Below are positions 1-12,189 of a DNA stretch of 64,000 nucleotides, one piece after another. Each line of letters begins with the position of its first letter. The stretch's first letter is position 1. The position numbers were made by a program, and so were the translations under genes. The DNA comes from Octopus sinensis (lineage: Eukaryota): assembly GCF_006345805.1 (NCBI RefSeq), contig NC_043002.1:4960001-5024000 (forward strand). The letters run 5' to 3'. The notes beneath the pieces were generated by a model, which saw nothing but the letters and a program-made list of their open reading frames with translations, had not been told where the DNA came from and searched no databases.

Positions 1-900
1 TAGAAAAAGGTGTAAGAAGAAATTCTATACAATGTACCAGTGCAAGCTATGGACAGATTAGAGGTACAGTGGGAGGCTAAAAGAGAAAATAGTGTATGTG
101 GCACATGTGGAAGAAGAGTAAATACTAAGAACACACCAGAACTAGGTTTTCTTATATGCTTTAGGGAGTCTTTAGAGGTAGTAGATAGCTTGTGATACCT
201 GGGTGACCTAATTAGCCCGGGAGGAAGGTGCTCTGAAAGTAGTTGCTAGAATAAGAACTGGCTAGAGAAAGTGCAGAGAACTATTACCTCTTCTGGCAAT
301 AAAGGGAGTCTCTGAGTGAAATGTGAGTTGTGAATACAGAAGACATGTAAAGGCTTGGAAAAATGAAGAATATGAGAAAATGTAATGTATTAAAAGAAGA
401 ATTGGCATAAAATGTATCCGAAGCAGTGGAGAAGCGAGAAAACTGCACTGGTATGGTCATGTGATGTGTATCAATGAGGACAGCTGCTTAAAGAAGTGCG
501 AAATGTGGATGGAGACCATGGAAGAGGAAAATTGTGGAACAAAGTGGTGAGAAATAACCTTCAGATGCTGAACATCCGAGAAGAGATGACAAAGAATTGA
601 AGTGATTGGAAATTTTCTGTGCTTGGGTAGACATTCCACCCAAGTAAAACTGAGCTCCTAAAAGGCATTCATTTACGTCTGTGTCTTTGCACACCATCTG
701 TCTTTGACAAAATTCTCCTCAAGAACCCTTCTTCCTTCACCCATGTTCACCACACACTGCATTCCTCTCTTCTCTTGCAAACTTACCTGCTCACTCACCC
801 TATCCAATCCTCTTTATCACTTTATATACTACCACACCATGTAACTTAAAGGTTTGTCTTAACACATCCTCACCATCTTGTCTTTCTCTCCTTTTCTCTC
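1..900 (+). mobile_element. Degenerate RTE-clade LINE (ORF2 3' part plus pyrimidine-rich 3' UTR); 3' end resumes at about 1700-1920
   Basis: 1-640 resembles the RTE segments at 14780-14970 and 18790-19140 (RKGV-RNSI-C--CKLW zinc-finger region; LHWYGHVM-I-EDSCLKKC C-terminus). Many stops and frameshifts. Confidence 0.7.
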
Positions 901-929
901 TCTTTTTTTCAAATGGAATAGCAATATAT

Positions 930-1300
930 CTCCGCCACAGCAAGACTTCTTTTACAGTTGCACAAATCAGAGATCTACAGGAAAAAGTGCAATAGATCAG
1001 CCAACCATCTCGAGCAGGTGACAAAAAAGGCAGCGCTTGAATTCGAACAGTGCATAGCAACCAACCCTCACAGCAAAGTGTTCTGGAAGTATGTGCACTC
1101 AAAGCAGAGACCTCACTCTCCAGTTGGTCCCCTTCGCAATCCCCACACAGGGCAGATTACTGGCAATCCCAAAGAATGTGCAGAAATCATTGCTGGATGC
1201 TATGCAGGCATCTTTACTGTCAAAGATCAAAATGTTCCATCTTCATCACCCCTGACACCGGACTCTATAACTACTATGAAATTTACACCAGCAATGCTAC
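930..1300 (+). mobile_element. CR1/L2-type LINE ORF2 fragment (endonuclease-RT linker)
   Basis: ORF 958-1368 reads ...ATNPHSKVFWKYVHSKQ...VGPLRN...KECAEII...IFT, homologous to the NPKTFFAHVQ...F region of the CR1 at about 61.2 kb. Confidence 0.75.
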
Positions 1301-1349
1301 ATTATTATTATTATCATATACTAACCTTTCATCACCTGGCACAAAGCCA

Positions 1350-1692
1350 CATCATCATCATCGTTTAACGTCCGTTTTCCGCGCTAGCACGGGTTGGACG
1401 GTTCGACCGGGGTCTGGGAAGCCAGGGCTGCACCAGGCTCCAGTCTGATATGGCAGAGTTTCTACAGCTAGATGCCCTTCCTAATGCCAACCACTCCGCG
1501 AGTGTAGTGGGTGCTTTTTACATGCCACCTGCACAGGTGCCAGGGGGGGGGTCTGGCATCGGCCACGATCGGTTGGAGCTTTTAACGTGCCACCAGCACG
1601 GGAGCCAGCCAAGGCAGCGCTGGCAACGGCCACGTTCGGATGGTGCGTTTTATGTGCCACCGGCACAGAAGCCAGTCGGGGCGGCGCTGGCA
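1350..1692 (-). mobile_element. 5'-truncated RTE LINE 3' end (family A)
   Basis: (GAT)n tail plus the conserved terminus CATGCTAGCATGGAAAGCGGACGTTAAAC-like on the minus strand, with internal GC-rich units of about 65 bp. Confidence 0.85.
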
Positions 1693-1967
1693 TCTCAGTT
1701 ATTCCCCCACCTCCCAGTTGAGGGTTCTTGTGTTGCAAGTTACTTGGTGACCTTGTTGGGGTGATGGGGGGCCACATAAAAAGTACCCTGTAAAATGGTT
1801 AGTGTTAGGAAGGGAATCCAGCCAAAGCAAACAGTAGAGCTTGGTACAGTCATCAAGCTTGCCAGCTCCTATCAAACAGTCCGACCCATGCCAGCATGGA
1901 AGGCAGATGTTAAATGATGCTGGCTACAGGCACAGATGTGACTCCAGATGTGACAGATGTGGCTATA

Positions 1968-2392
1968 AGTACAGACATGACTGCATGATTAAGAAGTTTG
2001 CTTTCCAGCCACATGGTTTGAGATTCAGTTTCAGTGCATGGCACATTGAGGTTGGGTGTTCTACTATAGCCCCAGGTCAACTGAAGCCTTGTAAGTGGAT
2101 CTGGATCTGGTTGATGAAAACCAAAAGAAGCCCATCATGTACATATATTTATATGTGTGTGTGTATATCTGCGTCTCCCTGTCTTGATATGGCATCACAG
2201 TTGTGAATGAGTTGCTGATATACAAGTAGCACCATTCATTTCCAATATTCTGAGAAAACATATCTGGCCATGGAGAAATACTACCGTCTTTGGAAACAGG
2301 TGAGGGTTGGCAAGAGGAAGAAGATCTGGTCGTAGAAAATCTGTCTGACACATGCAAGCATTGAAAACTGGATGTTAAAATGATGATGATGA
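1968..2392 (+). mobile_element. Diverged tRNA-derived SINE (head B) with an RTE-like (GAT)n tail
   Basis: Head and middle resemble the SINE at 11097; it ends ...GGATGTTAAAATGATGATG. Confidence 0.65.
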
Positions 2393-2430
2393 TACTTAAA
2401 CAAACATCTATCTATCTATCTATCTTATAT

Positions 2431-2682
2431 CATCATCATCATTGTTTAGCGTCCGTTTTCCATGCTAGCATGGGTTGGACGGTTCAACTGGGGTCTGGGG
2501 AGCCCGAAGGCTGCACCAGGCCAGTCAGATCTGGCAGTGTTTCTACAGCTGGATGCCCTTCCTAACGCCAACCACTCCGAGAGTGTAGTGGGTGATTTTA
2601 TGTGCCACCGACACAGGTGCCAGACGAGGCTGGCGAACGGCCACGCTCGGATGGTGTTTTTTGTGCCACCGACACAGGTGCC
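2431..2682 (-). mobile_element. RTE 3'-end fragment (family A)
   Basis: Same terminus and (GAT)n tail as the other family A copies. Confidence 0.85.
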
Positions 2683-2751
2683 ATATATATATATATATAT
2701 ATGTGTGTATATATATATATATATGTGTGTGTATATATATATATATATGTG

Positions 2752-2794
<43 letters not shown>

Positions 2795-2814
2795 TATATA
2801 TATATATGTGTATG

Positions 2815-2847
<33 letters not shown>

Positions 2848-2857
2848 TATATATGTG

Positions 2858-2898
<41 letters not shown>

Positions 2899-2908
2899 TA
2901 TATATGTG

Positions 2909-2964
<56 letters not shown>

Positions 2965-2970
2965 TATATT
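2683..2970. repeat. (TA)n/(TG) compound microsatellite
   Basis: Read directly from the sequence. Confidence 0.98.
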
Positions 2971-3801
2971 TAAATAAACAAAATTGAACACACATCCACA
3001 AGGTATGTGTGTTGTTAGTTCGTGGATCAGCTGTGATTTTTAAGTTTAAGAGAATATATTCTTTATGAGGCTGGTGTAAAAAATTCCTTAAAGTAAGTCA
3101 CACTCAAGTGAGACAACTCACATAGATCCCTTCTTGGAGCAACAGATCCATGAATTAACAACACATATACCTTGTGTATGTGTGTTTGGTTTTGTTTTTT
3201 TTTCTGTGGCATAAAACAGGACATGCCAGCAGATGGTGTTTAAACCATTTAGCATATGGTCATAATTGGCGATATGGCTTACAGCGGGCCTTGTTCAGTA
3301 TGTGGCGTTGATAAGTCACAACAATGACAAAACATTGAGGTCTCTTTCTTTGCAGAGTTACTAACTGTAAGTGAACCATTATCCATGTGAACACACTCAT
3401 CTTCAACAACATCACAATTTTCCCCGGCCCCCCTTGTCTGGTCTTCCCAACCACAGACAAATGGATTCAAGATTAAAACATAGGAAATATGAAATAATTT
3501 AATATTTTTCACAGATTATCAATATATATATACATATTATTTAATATTTCGCCCTTTTAGTCTGTAGCCATAACTTTACTGGTAATAAATTATCTCTCTG
3601 TTGCAGACGAGGGTGAAATACATGAAAGTCAACTTTCTGGAGTTTGTTGAGGTACTCTTCGCATATGACCTGAAACACAATGTAAAAATGCAACGTAAGA
3701 ATGTACCCTAAATTCAAGGGAAACGGGTATTACATAAAATATACATTTGTGAAATGTCATAAAAATGCCCTATAATATCATGAAACAACAGAAATATATG
3801 T

Positions 3802-4168
3802 TACTCTTTTACTTGTTTCAGTCATTTGACTGTGGCCATGCTGGAGCACTGCTTTTAGTCGACCAAATCGACCCCAGGACTTATTCTTTGTAAGCCTAGT
3901 ACTTATTCTATCAGTCTCTTTTGCCGAACCGCTAAGTTACGGGGACGTAGACATACCAGCATCGATCGGTTGTCAAGCCATGTTGGGGGGACAAACACCA
4001 ACACACAAATATATATTTCAGTTTCCGTCTACCAAATCCACTCACAAGGCTTTGGTCGGCCCGAGGCTATAGTAGAAGACACTTGCCCAAGGTGCCACGT
4101 AGTGGGACTGAACCCGGAACCATGTGGTTGGTAAGCAAGCTACTTACCACACAGTTACTCCTGCGCCT
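3802..4168 (-). mobile_element. tRNA-derived SINE (head B)
   Basis: Minus strand starts AGGCGCAGGAGT..GTGTGGTAAG (A box) ...GGTTCAGTCC (B box) and ends in an AAGTAAAAGAGTA tail; near-identical to 21250 and 47243. Confidence 0.88.
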
Positions 4169-4586
4169 ATATGTTGTTCATATAACAGGGGATATGGGGT
4201 ACAAGAATGTACTGTACAGTAATAGCATGTTACAAGGGTGAACTGTAGTACTGTTTAAATGTTTAAATATAGTATACTATGGTAGGGTGGGAATTCATTG
4301 CTTGGAAGATAAAAAATATGTCTGCATTCAAATTTAAAACTGTTTACAGATGAAAGTCTTTAAAAGCCCAAATGAAAAAAAAATGTTTTAAGAACAAAAC
4401 AGAAGTTGCTTAGCAAAATATCTATTTATCATAATGCTAGTCATATAACATTAACACTTGATACCAACCAACCCACTTAAGACTACCTCTGGTTCTATGG
4501 ACTGAGTGTGATGTAATTGGCGAGCTCCCTCTCCTTAAAATTACTGGCCTTGCATTAAATTAGAGACGATTATTATTCTGTTCTTC

Positions 4587-4900
4587 TGGCACTCCATTGG
4601 TTATGATGATGAGGGTTCCAGTCAATCCAATCAATGGAACAGTCTGCTCATGAAATTAACATGTAAGTGATTGAGCACTCCACAGACACATGTACTCTTA
4701 ACATAGTTCTCAGAGGGATTCGGTGTGACATAGGATGTGACAAGGCTGACCCTTTGAAATACAAGGACAACTCATTCTTGCCAGCTGAGTGGACTGGAGC
4801 AACATGAAATAAAATGATCAAGAATACAATGTACCACCAGGAATTGAACTCATACCCATATGATCATAAGCCAAATAACTTTACTACGTCACATGCCCTC
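4587..4900 (-). mobile_element. Diverged tRNA-derived CORE-like SINE (head H2 + tail T1)
   Basis: Homologous to 47661-47977; its tail is shared with 9468-9660. Confidence 0.7.
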
Positions 4901-4901
4901 A

Positions 4902-4938
<37 letters not shown>

Positions 4939-5201
4939 TAAGATATCATTAGCTCTTATAGACTTAAACCCTCTCTTAAACTTGTTGGCCTTGTGCCTAT
5001 ATTTAAAGGCAGCAAACTGGCAGAATTATTAGAGTGCTAAACAAAATGTTTATTGACATTTTGTCCGTCTTTATGTTCTGTTTCCAAATTCAGCCAAGGT
5101 TGACTTTGCCTTTCATCTTTCCAAGGTTGATACGATAGTACCTGTTAAACACTGGGGTCATTGTGCCAAAATTTGAAACCATTATTATTATTATTATTAT
5201 T

Positions 5202-5487
5202 CATCATCGTTTAACATCCGCTTTCCATGCTAGCATGGGTTGGACAATTTTGACTGAGGGCTGGTGAACCAGATGGCTGCACCAGGCTCCAATCTTGATC
5301 TGGCAGAGTTTCTACAGCTGGATGCCCTTCATAATGCCAATCACTCCAAGAGTGTGGTGGATGCTTTTTACATGCCACCAGCACGGGGGCCAGTCAGGCT
5401 GTTCTGGCAATGACCTTGCTCAAATCTTTTTACACATGCCACCGGCACAGGTGCCAGTAAGGCGACGTTGGTAACGATCACGCTCGA
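5202..5487 (-). mobile_element. RTE 3'-end fragment (family A)
   Basis: Conserved terminus and (GAT)n tail. Confidence 0.85.
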
Positions 5488-5494
5488 ATATTAT

Positions 5495-6185
5495 TTTGGT
5501 TTGTCTTAGGTTTGGTCTTATTCCTGGTAGGGATTTTGTGGATAGTGGGTTACTACCTGTAACTTTAGGTATCCACAAGTTTTCAGCAGTCTTTCAAGTG
5601 CTTAGGACTCTCCTGATAATCCTTGCTGTCCCTAAGAGACAAACTTTCTGTAGGAGCTCTACTGGGAATTCTATTCCAATCTCCTCCAGCCATTTGTCTA
5701 TATCTTGGCTTATCGTTCCCAGCACACCAATTATTATAGGCATGACCTTTACTGTTCACATGCTCCAAATTCTTCCTATTTCAAATTTTAGGGGATTGCA
5801 TTTTTTTTGTTTTTTCCTCTTTCTTTACGATCCTGGAATTAAATGGGCGTGATGGCTCGATAAGTAAGAAACTCTGCTTTTCTTTATCCATGCTTGTAAT
5901 ACCTGGTCTATTGTTTTCTAATTTCTTGTCCATTTCAATTGGAAAGTCCCACAAAATCTTACATTTCTCCAACTCTTGTACTCTTTTGACTCGATGATTG
6001 TACCATGTTTCCAGCTTCAAATTCCCATTTCTGGCACAGTTTCCACAGTAAAACTTTTACAACCTGATCATGCTTCCATTTCTTATATTCTTCCTGTGCT
6101 AACTTGGGGCATTCTTCCATAATGTGTACCACTATCTCATTCCAAATTCCACAGGCTCTACATTTTTCTGACACATTCTCTCCAT
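5495..6185 (-). mobile_element. R4/Dong-like non-LTR retrotransposon 3' remnant (CCHC knuckle + restriction-like endonuclease)
   Basis: Minus-strand frames give KCRACGIWNEIVVHIMEECPKLAQEEYKKWKHDQV, KILWDFPIEMDKKLENNRPGI and VMPIIIGVLGTI...LLQKVCLLGTARIIRRVLST*. Frameshifted. Confidence 0.85.
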
Positions 6186-6932
6186 TATAATTATTATTAT
6201 TATCATTATTATTACTATTATTATGATGATGATGATGATGAAAATAGAATGAAAAAATCAAGGAGCAAACTCACAGTTGATAAAAAGACTGGCAGCATTT
6301 CCTTGGTGATGTGCTGTTTCAAATCTCGAGCCTAGAAAGAAATTAAGAATTAATTTTACCAGAATGCAATGCAAAATTAGAGCAGGGCTTTGCTTCAATT
6401 TCAAAGAATGAAAACGATGAAAGTTAAATCCTCTCTTGGATAAGATACCGATCAATTGTTGGTCATATTTTCAGACAATCTGGTACCTATTCCAGACAGC
6501 TAGGTGAACTATAACAATGGAGAATGAAGTATTTTATCAACAAACACAACGAAGTGTTAGAAGCAGATTTGCATTTAAAAACTTATGAGCAAATTAGTTA
6601 AGGTAAAGATATGGTTGTGTGGTTGAGAAGTTAGCTTCACAAACTACATGTTTCTTTGTTCAATGCCATTGTGTGGCACTTAGGGCAAGTGTCTTGTACC
6701 ATAGCCCTGTGAATAAAACAAGGGCAACAGAGAGTACACAGAAGCCTGTTTTGGATCATCATCATCATTTAACATCCACTTTCCGTGCTAGCATCGGTTG
6801 GACGATTTGACTGAGGTCTGGTTCAAAAATGTTACTTGCTTTTTACTCAACTTGTTATATAAGTAAATACATTTATGTTTACAAATAGGAGAAAAAGAGT
6901 ATGTATTGATTAGAATATATATATATATAATT

Positions 6933-7125
6933 ATAAATTACGGTATCTATGAGATACTACCATGCTGAAAATAGCAGCCATGATCTGACTCCAAAACCAC
7001 CTTAATTTTCCATATATCAACATGTTTTCTCACCGTGTTGGTATATGGAAAATTAAGGTGGTTTTGGAGTCAGATCATGGCTGCTATTTTCAGCATGGTG
7101 GTATCTCGTAGATACCCTAATTTAT
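6933..7125. repeat. Fold-back inverted repeat, 92-bp arms and 9-nt loop (MITE-like)
   Basis: 6933-7024 pairs with 7034-7125 with 5 differences. Confidence 0.92.
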
Positions 7126-7218
7126 GATTTTAATAATTATTACCTTTCAAGGTTATTTTTTTCCATGCTGGCCACTTGATAAAATCGTTAATTTATTTTA
7201 TATTAACGATCTTATCCT

Positions 7219-7250
<32 letters not shown>

Positions 7251-8072
7251 AGCTGAACCATTTCAAAAGTCACACAGGGTCCTTGAATTCTGTGTAAAAC
7301 ACTTAAGCTTAGCATGTGTCACATACAAAACTTGAGATCACTGAGGATTAACTTGTGAAGAGTTTTCAGTCTCAAAGACAAAAACTATAAATACTTAAAT
7401 CATTTTGTCTTTTTAATGTCCGCATTCATATGCTTGCATCAGTCAAAAATGGAACTTGATGAGGTAGTTTCTATGACAAGATGCCCTTCCTGTCACTAAC
7501 CCTCAGTTGTTTACAAGTGAGGTAAATATTCTCTCCATAGTCAGACATGTTTTCATGAAAGATTGAAAACAAACACACCACTTACATGTAGGTGACACTT
7601 GTTTACAACAAATATCGTATGATGTCGACACAAGGAGACACACACTCACTCACACACAATGTCTTTTTTTTTTTCAATTTCCAACTACCAAAATCCACTC
7701 ACAAGGATTTGGTCAAGCCAGAACTATAAAAGAAAACACTTGCCCAAGGTGCCATGCAGTGGGACTGAACCCACAACCACATAGTTGGGAAGTATACTTC
7801 TTAACCGCACAGCTATGCTTATATATATTTACCAATTTGAGATGTTGATGAGCAGCAGAAGCAATGTCATAGATAACATCTTTTACTTTTTGATCATCTC
7901 TTCCACGTACAATAGCTTCTTCTGACACTTGATGCTGACAAAAAAAACAAAACAAATAAAATAAATAAATAAAAATATATTAAATAAACAAAACTGTCAT
8001 GAAAATTATATTTGCTCTCACTTTAGTTATTGTTGTTGTATAGCCCAAGGTCAGGCTTGAACAAGACAGACC

Positions 8073-9315
8073 TTCATCATAGAGGATGGAAATGCAGTGT
8101 TCCATTGCTTGCCTGAGATTCCACAAACATTCAAGGAAATATCTCGTAAGGTGTTGGGATCTGCTCTTCACCTGTCACTTGTCATATTTAGTACTGACAT
8201 GTACAAGAAAGACTGTAAAAGGGGTGAAATGAAACAGATGAGGTGCTGGGGACAAACTCATCCTGAATGGTGAGAAAACAAAGTGTCCGAAAGAATGGAA
8301 TGTCTTTCTTGCAAATGATAAGAACAAGACAAGAGTTCATTCAGTTTTTGCTCTCAACTTGGAGGAGTGAGGTGTCTGCCGACATTCTCACTGGACATGA
8401 AATGGTGCTGATATGTGAAGGAAAAGCCTATCAGTTGACATCGGATGGACATAAGACATTCTGTCAAGAAATACACTCTCTCAAATCTTCACAGGAAGAA
8501 ACTGGCACTCGTGTGATCCTGTATTGCATGTATGCCAAAGAACGGGGATGCAAATCTGTTCGTGTGAGCAGTCCCGGTTCAGATATATTTTTTATCCTAC
8601 TTCACCCATGCTAGATTCCTGGAAAGACTTCAAATTCTGTTTGAAACTGGAAAGGGCAACACACAGCACAGTATCGATGTGACCAAGTTGGCTATGTCTT
8701 CCATGTTTGTTCTCTGTTCTGTGTTGGTGGGTTATCATGCTTCCACCGGGTGTGATAGTACCAGTGCCTTCAAAGGGAAGGGGAAAGTGAAGGGACGAAT
8801 CATTCCAGAAAGTGTTCCCCAAGTTAGGGGAATCTTGGGGAGTCGACGAGGAGGTGATGAATGAACTGGAGATGTCCACATGTGTGCTGTATGGTAACAA
8901 AAGGACAAAAAAGGTGAATGCATTGCGGTTCAGCAAAGTGCAGGGGGAAGGATGAGCTCACAAAATCTAAGCAATTCGATCTCGCTTCACATCCCCCATG
9001 TAGAAATGTCCTAAACAACATGTTGAGGAAAGCAACTTCCAGATCAGGATATGGAAGTTCATGAACATTGCAAAGCCTTCAGTGTCTAGACCTGATGAAG
9101 GACATGGATGGACAATGGAAGCTGGAATCATGAAGCCGAAGTGGACAGAGGGTTAAATGATGCCCCATCAGTTGGTGGATATTCTGGTAGAACTTGAAGA
9201 TGAAACTTGCGCATCAGATTCTGATCCTGATAGTGACAGCGAACTTAGTGAAAGTGGTTTCCTTGACAGAGTAGGATCAGACATTGATACTGGAAGTAAT
9301 GGTGATGATTATTAA
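8073..9315 (+). pseudogene. Decayed XPG/FEN1-like (PIN) nuclease ORF, probably from an AcademX-type DNA transposon
   Basis: Across frameshifts: FIIEDGNAVFH...VIFSTDMYKKD; CPKEWNVFLANDKNK; SSQEETGTRVILYC...SPGSDIFFILL; GYHASTGCDSTSAFKGKGK (H3TH-like); PPC...QHV...NFQIRIWK...GHGW; then an acidic tail and TAA at 9313-9315. Confidence 0.75.
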
Positions 9316-9467
9316 TCAGACACTTGAAATGAGTCGTGTATGTAATAGATGGTTCACAAATAGTGTTGTCATCTTTGACAGTTATGTGGCAAATGTGGAT
9401 CAGGTAAAGTCCAATGCATTACAAAGTTAATGAAACTGAGAACAGATATAACTGTCACCAGGTAAGA

Positions 9468-9853
9468 GTGGAAGCACTCCGTCGGTTTCAACGACGAGGG
9501 TTCCGGTTGATCTGATCAACGGAACAGCCTGCTCGTGAAATTAAAGTGCAAGTGGCTGAGCACTCCACAGACACGTGTACCCTTAACGTAGTTCTCGAGG
9601 ATATTCAGTGTGACACAAGAGAGTGACAAGGCCGGCCCTTTGAAATACAGGTACAACAGAAACAGGAAGTAAGAGTGAGAGAAAGTTGTGGTGAAAGAGT
9701 ACAGCAGGGATCACCACCATCCCTGCCAGAGCCTCATAGAGCTTTAGGTGTTTTCGCTCAATAAACACTCACAATGCCCGGTCTGGGAATTGAAACCGCG
9801 ATCCTACGACCGCGAGTCTGCTGCCCTAACCACTGGGCCATTGCACCTCCACT
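9468..9853 (-). mobile_element. tRNA-derived SINE (head H1 + tail T1) with a 13-bp TSD
   Basis: TCACCAGGTAAGA at 9455-9467 and 9854-9866; tRNA-like head TGGCCCAGTGGTTAGGGC...TTCAATTCC on the minus strand. Confidence 0.9.
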
Positions 9854-11096
9854 TCACCAGGTAAGAATTAAGATGAATGCTTACTGGAAATGAGTTAATT
9901 CAAATTTTAATGATCCAAAGGGTGTTTGGCTGAGATTTCTAACTCAATTTTAAAGCTAACTCATACATCCATTGTTTTACTTCTGTGTGTATATATTCTA
10001 CCAGGAAGGAAGGTAATTGCTGCAACACTTGAAATGGATCTTGTTTAAACTTAAGAAACAGAAAATATTATACAAGCTGGCATTTGTTTCAATATTAAAA
10101 TTATAAGACACATTTCATAACATACATGTATAACGAACTGCTATGGTGTGGGTAGGGTCAACTTTTGTTTACTTTTGACTTCAACAACCTCTTTGATGAA
10201 AATACTTGCATGATTTGAGGTTTTATAAATGAATTCAATTATCATCTTCTGTGGTCATTTGCAATGATTCAAGGAAAGATTCCAGAATACCACTTGCTAG
10301 ATTTTGCCTTTCTTCTACTCAACACATTCAGCAATACATACAAAACAGTATGAAGAAGTGCAGAAATATATCACATTCCACAGGGTAAACACTAGTTCTT
10401 TCCAATTTTTCTTTTTACTTCTGGTATTAAAAAATACATGTAAATATTTGTTTTGATTAATTTTCAATAAAGAAAAAACGTTATAAAGTCTTGGTGGTAA
10501 ATAAAACTTGTGAGTGTGAGATATTATAGGTAAAGGTCAAAGTTTGTGACCTTTTGACCTCTGATGACGTTTTTACAGAATAAGTTTGCTTATCATTTAC
10601 ATGAACTTGTAGATCTTGACGAGGCAATCATTTTAAGGGTCATTTGAAATATTTTGGCCAAGGGTTGCAAAGTCAGAGCTGTTTTAATTTTCCATCTCCC
10701 TAATTTTCTGCCTCAAGCTTTAAAAGTCTGTGGCTGGTATCTTTCATCTCAGTTTTTTTGCTGGCAACATCAATTTTCTGACTTGTTAGACCCAGAGCTA
10801 CATGAAAATACCCATTAAAGTAAATCAAAAGGGGGATACACCATGCCCCCCCCCCATTAACCAGTAACCTATTATTTTTAAGCCTAGTACTTATTCGATC
10901 CTTTTTTTTGTTTCAGCGTTTTTGCTGAACTGCTAAGTTTACAGGAATATAACCCAAGCAACACTGGTTGTTGAGTGGTAATAGAGAATGAGGCTTTGGT
11001 CAACCAAGGCTACAGTAGAAGACACTTGCTCAAAGTGCCACACAGTAGGAGTGAACTTGAATCCATGTGGTTGAGAAGCTAACTTCTTACTCAGTC

Positions 11097-11523
11097 AGGC
11101 GCAGGAGTGGCTCTGTGGTAAGTAGCTTGCTAACCAGCCACAAGGTTCTGGGTTCAGTCCCACTGCGTGGCACCTTGGGCAAGTGTCTTCTACTATAGCC
11201 TCGGGCCGATCAAAGCCTTGTGAGTGGATTTGGTAGACAGAAACTGAAAGAAGCCTGTCGTATATATGTATATATATATATATAAGTGTGTGTGTATATG
11301 TTTGTGTGTCAGTGTTTGTCCCTCTAGCATTACTTGACAACCGATGCTGTTGTGTTTATGTCCCTATTACTTAGCGGTTCGGCAAAAGAGACCGATAGAA
11401 TAAGTACTGGGCTTACAAAGAATAAGTCCTGGGGTCGATTTGCTCGACTGAAGGTGGTGCTCCAGCATGGCTGCAGTCAAATGACTGAAACAAGTAAAAG
11501 AGTAAAAGAGAAAGAGTAAAGAG
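11097..11523 (+). mobile_element. Full-length tRNA-derived SINE (head B), head-to-head with an older minus-strand copy at about 10875-11092
   Basis: A box TGGCTCTGTGG, B box GGTTCAGTCC, internal (TA)(TG) tract and a GAGTAAAA repeat tail. Confidence 0.88.
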
Positions 11524-12189
11524 TAATACAGAACTATCATGGCAGCCTAGTGGAAGTGTATCTCTCAGGTTTTCTTAACACTTTTGAAAAAGAATATTTT
11601 ACCCAAAATATTATGATTAATTAAATATCTCTATTTCTAAAATACTATTTCAAAACCTTTGCTTTTGTTATTATTGAAAGCTTAATGTTTCAAATATATT
11701 GCTGTTGTTATGGCCCTCTATAATTATGTCTAGATCTTTCTTTAAAAAAATCAATATAATACAATAGAAATAGCCTTTTACTTCAAACAGATACTATTGA
11801 TTCCTACTCATCTACTGAATCATGTATTACCTGTTTTCTCTGCACACGTTAATTATTTATACAGCGTTTATTAAATAGATTACAGCTCCTGTCTTGTGTA
11901 AATTACTACTTTACAAATCAATGTTTTTTTTTCCATTTAAAAGATAATTTTTTTTTGTTGTTGTTGTTGTTATTTTGTAACAGTTATAATAACTGTTACC
12001 ACAAATACAAATAAGGCCCTTTAAGAAGTTTTAACTAGTTGACCTTAAGAGGTCACTGAGACCTTCTTGCTGCCAATTTTGGCCTTTCTCAAAGACACTC
12101 ACCTGGCTATGTTTTATACTCTCTTTTGTTTGTACATTATAATTTGCTATAATCTCATGGTTAAAATAGATAAAATAAAATTGAAATAT

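Noticed and set aside
1450-1777. Recurrent ORFs beginning [13 protein letters not shown] (many copies across the window)
   Set aside because: They are chance frames in the antisense of the RTE 3' UTR and recur only because the repeat recurs.
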